64,000 bases of DNA, from positions 3,968,001-4,032,000 of the forward strand of contig CM060732.1 in assembly GCA_030704615.1 (NCBI GenBank), read 5' to 3'. Made by a program: the position numbers and the translations under genes. Below are positions 52,190 to 64,000 of this stretch, one piece after another (position 1 is the stretch's first letter; every line of letters starts with the position of its first letter). The notes beneath the pieces were generated by a model. That model saw nothing but the letters and a program-made list of their open reading frames with translations. It was not told the DNA's origin and searched no databases. This stretch comes from Takakia lepidozioides. Taxonomy: Eukaryota; Plantae; Bryophyta.

Positions 52190-52904
52190 TGTCGCGGCCC
52201 TTTCCCTTGAGGGCAGGGGGTCGGGACACAAGAGGGGCTGCCCCTGTGGTGGGGGCAGTGGCAACAATAGGTATGGGGGTTGAAGTGCCCAAGACACTCA
52301 AGGAGGCGGAAGCGCTCACTAGGTGGAGCCCCGCACACTGGGTTGCGGTGGGGGTGGTTCCACGAGGGGTGGTGGTAGCTTAATAGGTCTTAGTGGGGGT
52401 GACATAGGACTCACCATGGGGCTGAGACCTTGTGGTGGGAGTCGTGGGGAGTCTTGGGACTCATCACGGTCCATTGGGGCCGTGGTGGGTGGGCCAAGAC
52501 TCACCATGACTCATCACCGGGAATCAAGGATCTTCGTGGTGGTTTGCCATAAAAGGACTGTGTTTGTTGTGAAACCCCCGCGGACAGTCACAGAAGTATA
52601 TATACGAAGTAGTAAACCCGAGAACGGTGCAAGCCCGTTGGTGACCAAAAACTAATGAGTAAGCGTGCGAGCCGGAAAGCGACCAAGGCGTGGGGAGCTG
52701 TTCCGGACTGCCGATAACCAAAGGGAATTTCCACTAGGCCCAAAGTGTGCAAGGGTCTCGTGGAGGAGCAAAGGGAGACCGTTATGCCCCGGTGAACAGC
52801 TGAAACTCCGAGTTGGCCCGGCGGTCAGTTTGGGAATTAGGCGCGCGCATCAAAGCGAGTAACTATGACTTGAAGGGGAGCTTACTGAAGTGAGGTGCGC
52901 GACA
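52190..52904 (+). repeat. 3' LTR
   Basis: TGTCGCGG...GCGCGACA, preceded by purine-rich GGTAGGGGTG. Confidence 0.95.
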
Positions 52905-54691
52905 TGCATATCCTTCCGTGATTTTCGCCCTTATATTAGCCATGGGTTCAGTTGCAATACGAAGGGGTGAAGCCTCTGGGTGAAGCCTCTGTAAAGCACA
53001 ATAACAAGGCGAAAATAGTGGAAGCATATGCACGATGGTGGCTGTAGAGCCCGCCCAGTCTTATCAAGTTGACGCACACTTTCCTTCATCATAACCATCG
53101 CACTAAACAAAAAAAACACAAGCGTGCTTGGAAACGCCAACCGCAACATCAAACAACAAAACGTTGCAACATTTGACAAGAAAAGCGAGCCCGATAAAGG
53201 ATCATGGGACTTTACATGACCTAACAATGGAGGGCTCGGATGCGTAGAGGATTGGACGGTCCAGATCCTACGGACTGGCGGACAGGTCTGGCGGACTGTA
53301 CGGGCAGAAGCGGACTGGCACGGCAGCGGACTGCCTGGCAGACTGGTGGACTGGCGGGCAGCGGACGGGCTGAGGGGACTCGCCGCGGCAGACGAGGACG
53401 CGGGCCGGGGTGCCACGGGTGCGTCTGGAGGGCCATGGGGGTGCCTGAGCAGCTGGTCGACCGCGCGCAGCGGCAGGGTGGGGGGCGCCCGGCGTCCGTG
53501 CGCCTGCCCCAGAAAATCCCAATTGTTGTAAAATGATAGGCTTTTTGAATAGCATATTGATTACATATTGACACCTAGGGTGCAACGGACGGCGGAAGAC
53601 AGAGTACTGGTATCGACAAAGCTGCGTTCTTTGCGATACCAGGCTGGTCTGGTAGGAGCCCAGGTATTAGCGTTTTGCTATATTCATTTTGTTCTGCCCA
53701 GGGTACTGCCAGTTGCTTATACCCGCCTGGTCTGGTACCCTGCGATACCCTAACACGTGCTGATACCCCGGCTCGCCCCCATATACCGGTCCAACACTGG
53801 TACATACGTTGACACAATCTGGAGCTCTGAGCTTCTTCTGCATAGTTGACCAAATGGTGAAGAAATCTTCAGAACTGAAGTGGATGCGGGGCTCTCTCAC
53901 CCACTTGTGCTAAGCTTTGAGCTCAGGACCTCACTAACCAGTGAAGGGCACCCACTCCCGTAGCAATGACATCAGGTACCTCAGACTCTACGGTTCCTCT
54001 CTTCAATATTCTGCTAGTCCTGTCCTCCTACCCCAGACCAGCTTCTCCTCACTTCAATCTACATCTCCTTCCACAATGCCACAAATCCATATCAGTAGTT
54101 GTATCCAACAGACCTTCAAGGTCCTTTCTAGATTGAAAGGAACACCAGCACTTGACTACGCATGGCCACACACAATGTGGCAGACAAAAGCTGTGAAAGG
54201 AGATAAGGCTGTAAGCATATATGCTTGTACACTACCAATGGCCAACCCACAGAGGGGTCCCACATTTTGTTCAGACCAGAGCTACTGTTCACCACTCTAT
54301 AGAAGACTCTTATTAGCAAAAGGTGAATGTAGCATCTTAGCAACCAACAACTAAATAGAGATTGATAAATAAAAGGTGTCTTATTAACAATTTCATGTCC
54401 AGGTGCTTGAGTGTACTGCACTCAAGAATTAGATCCCACATCGTATATCAACAATCAGGTATTGCTGGAAGAAGTAGAAATCTAGCAATGAATACCACGT
54501 ATGCTTTCAGCTCTACCTAGTTTCACAGTAGAACTTGCTGTGTTATGCTAGTGTGCCAGTTCCGGTGGGAGAGGGAGAGGTGCTCAGACTGCCATCGGCT
54601 GATCTTAATGACTTCGGGGAAGTATATTGACCTCTACAGGAAGAAAATCTGAGAACAATCATGTCAACATAACCAAATCAAGTGAAGTTGA

Positions 54692-59801
<5,110 letters not shown>

Positions 59802-60734
59802 CTAATATGGCTTACTCTTCAAAAGACTAACAAGCAAATGCCGTCGCAAACAGAAGGAAAATTGAAACTCTTCCACAAGCGAAGAATGCAACTCAAGCTA
59901 CAAATGGAACGGAAGCCATTGATGCAAAGCAGCAAAGGCTGGATCCCACACTGAACGCAAGCACTAGGAAGCCGCTCATATGGAACTTGCTCTTCAAAGA
60001 TTGAAACTTAGGGACAATGGCGGCTCAAACTGAAAGAGAACCGAAAATATTCCATTGCATTTAAAGCAATGCACCCCAGCTACCACATTGGACAGCAGTA
60101 ACTATATCCAAAACAGCATGGGCTACCAATGAGCACACACCAGGTCTGTTACTGAACGAAACCACTGGAAAGCCGGCAATGCGAAATCTCCTCTTGAAAG
60201 ATTAACAAGACCGAAACGCTTCAAACGCTCGCACAGACGAAGAATGCATCCGATACTCTTTCAATACTTGCACAAGCAAGCAAGCAACGTGCGGAAAGCA
60301 CCGTACCCTTCCTGATCTGGCGCTGAGATCTGCGAGAAGATAAACACGCTTGGCTGCCTGCACTCGCTGCGACGTGGCCTTCCCACGCTAAGCTTGTGCA
60401 TCCAGCGTGGAGCAGTCTTCATGATCCTCCGCACCTCCATCGCCATTCTACACCCACCCGCTCCACCTCATCATCTCCGCACCTCCTTCATTGCAGATCT
60501 TTGCAAGTTTTGGTTTGTTTATCACTAGAGATGCTCAGCTGCCGATGCCTGATCCTCACTCTCCGGCCCCTCCGACTGTGACTTGTCCACAACAACCATT
60601 ACTACTTGAACAGGTAGCCCAGTGGTTGCCATCTTTAGCTTTACAATCCTGTAAACAACTGCCCATATTTTTCCTTCGTATTTAGATGAATCCGTGGGGG
60701 TATATTTCGCCTGCCGGAAGCTAATCAGCTCCAT

Positions 60735-62280
60735 CGCGGTACCGCATTTCCGTTTTGTATCTGACGCATGGAGCTGAGGGATAGAAATGTTGCACCGCAT
60801 TTCCGTCCGGGTGAGACCTTCATACTCTCAAAATCGTGAACCATCGGAACTGAAATGTCGCACCGCATTTCCGTCCGAGTCGCACCTTCCGACATTCCAG
60901 AACGGAAATGCGGCGCCGCATTTCCGTTTTGTATTTGAGGCATGGAGCCGAGTGACGGAAATGTTGCAGCGCATTTCCAACCGGTTAAGACATTCATACT
61001 CTCCAGAACGGAAGTGCGGTACCGCATTTCCGTTCTGGAGAGTATGATCGTGAACCATCGGAACTGAAATGCGGCACCGCATTTCCGTCCGAGTCGCACC
61101 TTCCGACATTCCAGAACGGAAATGCGGCGCCGCATTTCCGTTTTGTATTTGAGGCATGGAGCCGAGTGACGGAAATGCTGCAGCGCATTTCCGACCGGTT
61201 AAGGCATTCATACTCTCCAGAACGGAAATGCGGTACCGCATTTCCGTTCTGATGGAGAATTATGAACAACAGGAACTGAACTGCGGCACCGCATTTTCGT
61301 CCGAGTCGCACCTTCCGACATTCTAGAACGGAAATGCGGCGCCGCATTTCCGTTTTGTATCTGAGGCATGGAGCCGAGTGACGGAAATGCTGCAGCGCAT
61401 TTCCGACCGGTTAAGACATTCATACTCTCCAGAACGGAAATGCGGTACCGCATTTCCGTTCTGATTGAGAATTATGAACAACGGGAACTGAAATGCGGCA
61501 CCGCATTTCCGTCCGAGTCGCACCTTCCGACATACCAGATCGGAAATGCGGCGCCGCATTTCCGTTTTCTCTCTCGGGCATGGAGCGGAGGGTCGAAATT
61601 TTTGCACCGCATTTCCGTCCGTTTGAGACCTTCATACTCTCCAAAACGGAAATGCGGTACCGCATTTCAGTTCTGACTAAAAATCGTGAACCATCGGAAC
61701 TGAAATGCGGCACCGCATTTCCGTCCGAGTCGCACCTTCCGACATTCCAGAACGGAAATGCGGCGCCGCATTTTCGTTTTGTATATGAGGCGTGGAGCTG
61801 TGGGACGGAAATGCGGCACCGCATTTCCGTTCACATTTTACTTTCCGAACGGAAATGTGGCACGGCATTTCCGTTCATCAACTAAGGTATGTGAAGGTGG
61901 AACGGAAATGCGGTACCGCATTTCCATTCAGATTGAAAATCATGAACCACGGGAACTGAAATGTTGTGCCGCATTTCCGTCCGAATCGCACCTTTCGACA
62001 TTCCAGAACGGAAATGCGGCGCCGCATTTCCCTTTTGTATCTCAGGCATGGAGCTGTGGGACGGAAATGCGGCACCGTATTTCTGTTCAACAACTAAGGT
62101 ATGTGAAGGTGGAACGGAAATGCGGTGCCGCATTTTCTTCCAACAAGTACGGATGTGTAGCTTCGTGATGGTACTTAACGGAAATGCGGCGCCGCATTTG
62201 CATTTTCACTCCAACTCATCAGACGCTGGACGGAAATGCCTTGAAATGTGAAACGTGGAGCAACGGAATTGCGGCACATG
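60735..62280. repeat. Tandem array of ~213-bp units, each with four GGAAATGCGGNNCCGCATTTCC-like palindromes
   Basis: CATACTCTC anchors at 60821, 60995, 61208, 61421 and 61633. The 22-bp palindrome recurs roughly every 40-60 bp and decays toward 62280. Confidence 0.92.
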
Positions 62281-62778
62281 TCTGCACTCTATCTGACTGA
62301 AGTGGCATGAGGCGGCGCGGCCTGACCGTTGGATAATGATGTTTGTTTTTCGGACGGCAGGCGTACCCTGAACGATTCGAATTTCGTAATGACGCAAAGT
62401 CCACGAGGAGACACTTTCGTCCAACCCTTTCGAACCCAAGTGGTGCATCACCGCCGTTTCATCTTCTTTTGTCGTGTCTCCTCAAGCGCCCTTTCCATCT
62501 GCACTCTTCGCCCCTTTTCCCTGTCTCTGTTCTTCTTATGCTCGAACCCGAGAGGGAGGGAGTGCGTGCACCAGAGAAGAGACATCGTCGCAAGCTCCGA
62601 AAATTGTACTTCGGACGTAGGCCAATGCCGAAGGGGAGGAAGCAGATGCGTCTACAGGAGGAGATTGCCATCTCGCAGCATCAGGCCACGCAGGCGTGAG
62701 AGCTCCGTGCTATCGGGATTCGCCAGCTGATCGAGCACCGAAACCCGCCTCATTTTTCTTCTGCAATTCTTAGACTGT

Positions 62779-64000
62779 ATGCTAGGAGACTTGAATGCAG
62801 AAGATGTTTGCATGCCTAACCGGAAAGGTGGACGTGCTGGAGGGATCGCAGGAATCCGAAGAGCCGCAGGCAGAGTCGTGGAGCTAGCTGCAGCACGCAC
62901 ACCCAGCCGATCCACGAGCACGGGTCTTCCTGCCGGGCCTAGCCCTGTGCGTTTCAAGGACGCGGCTTCCAAGGGCAAGTCTTTGCAGTTCAAAGCCCCA
63001 GAGAGCGACTCGCCTTTGAAGGTCATGGAGAATCGCCAGCAGGGGTCTAGCCCTTCTCCAGCAAAGACGAAGAAGAAGCAGCCCGTCCTTCAACTTGTTT
63101 CTGAACCGGACCAGGCCGTTTCCCCCCACCAGGCGAATGAAGCAGATTCAATTGCAGCAGACACCTTCACCTGCAAGAATGAGGAAGCACAAGGCAATCA
63201 GGGGGAGGGCGGAGCAGTCTCCCGCAAAACCGATTCCACGAGCTGAAGCCCAGTTCCTGCTTGATTTCCAGCCTGGTGATGTTGGGGGCGTCTCTGCCAG
63301 CGAAGGCAATGGGATCGACCGATTTCGGATGTGGTACCGGAGGAGGGTGCCTCTCAACGTTTGCAGCAAGACCTGACCACCATTGAGGAAGATCTTCATA
63401 ATACTGAAGGCCCGGAGGAGGCCTCTGCAATTGCAAAATTGCCCGCAAAGATTCCCCAGAGTGCAGCTCCAGTTGGGGATGCTCCAGCTGCTCAGCCCCT
63501 ACCGCCACCAGCAGAAATGTCTCCGGAGGAATTCCAAAGTGCAGCGGATACAATGTTGGAGGAGACACATAGTAGCATTGGCAGAGTTCTGGGCAGCAGG
63601 GTATTCCAGCGGACTCTTCGAATCCCACTCTGTCGCATGTCTCCCTTCCCATCGTCAGGCAGGCACTTCCCGGAGATGTGGATAAGCTCAAGTTCGCATT
63701 TCGAGAAGGGTACCGTCTAGGTTCGCCAGCCTTCTACGTTTCCCTTGAGAATGAGGACGGCGAATCTCGTGGACCCACTGCGGATGAATTGTCAACATGG
63801 GATACCCACTGGCACTCGCAACGACGAATTCGAGGCAACACTGAAGGGTGATCCAGACCATATGTCGGGTAAAATGTTCTTTGTGTGGGACGGGAATCAC
63901 CGACTTCTCGCCTGGTGGGAGTACATCAAGCAGAACCATGCCAAGCACATTGGCTGGCATTACATGGTGGAGTGTGTCATCCTCAAGGTGAAGGCGGCAG
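62779..64000 (+). pseudogene. Frameshifted ORF with ParB/Srx-like N-terminal-type domain, running off the window
   Basis: A low-complexity N-terminus is followed by LRIPLCRM...GSPAFYVS...GKMFFVWDGNHRLLAW (DGNHR at ~63889-63903). Confidence 0.55.

Larger units (their letters stand above)
44841..52904 (+). mobile_element. Full-length chromovirus (Ty3/Gypsy, possibly Tcn1-like) LTR retrotransposon, decayed
   Basis: LTRs 44841-45565 and 52190-52904 (TG...CA); TSD TGCAT (44836-44840, 52905-52909); PBS TGGTATCAGAGC; gag, DTGAS protease, YIDD RT, RNase H, integrase, chromodomain. Confidence 0.95.

Noticed and set aside
60725-62251. Many overlapping ORFs (MRRRISV, GNAAPHFR)
   Set aside because: Translation artefacts of the palindromic tandem array.
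60735-62280. CRISPR-like array of palindromic repeats
   Set aside because: The spacers themselves repeat with a ~213-bp period, there are no cas genes, and the context is eukaryotic.

Overview
Repeat-dense plant (streptophyte, probably non-seed) nuclear DNA. The only clearly intact host gene is a 9-exon NAD(H)-glutamate dehydrogenase on the minus strand (54692-59600, 411 aa). The rest is nested transposons. The main signal is a family of three Ty3/Gypsy-type retroelements (1321-13390 +, 13859-21804 -, ~35357-39883 -). Their polyprotein is Gag-CCHC-protease-DNMT3-like cytosine methyltransferase-RT-RNaseH-DDE integrase-PHD finger. They lack ordinary LTRs. Copy 1 has split, circularly permuted repeats (A1...PPT-B1-gc-A2-at-B2) bounded by a 4-bp TSD, with a palindromic GACAGCTGTC B/A junction. 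Copy 2 has no terminal repeat at all (A...PPT-B) yet also has a 4-bp TSD. I infer integration of 2-LTR and 1-LTR circles by cleavage at an internal palindrome. Also present: a canonical chromovirus LTR element (44841-52904) with a nested CACTA MITE, a decayed MULE-like/SWIM transposase, LINE and gag fragments, a captured ribosomal protein P2 fragment, and a palindromic ~213-bp array next to a ParB-like (DGNHR) ORF. All calls come from reading motifs by eye; no database searches were run.
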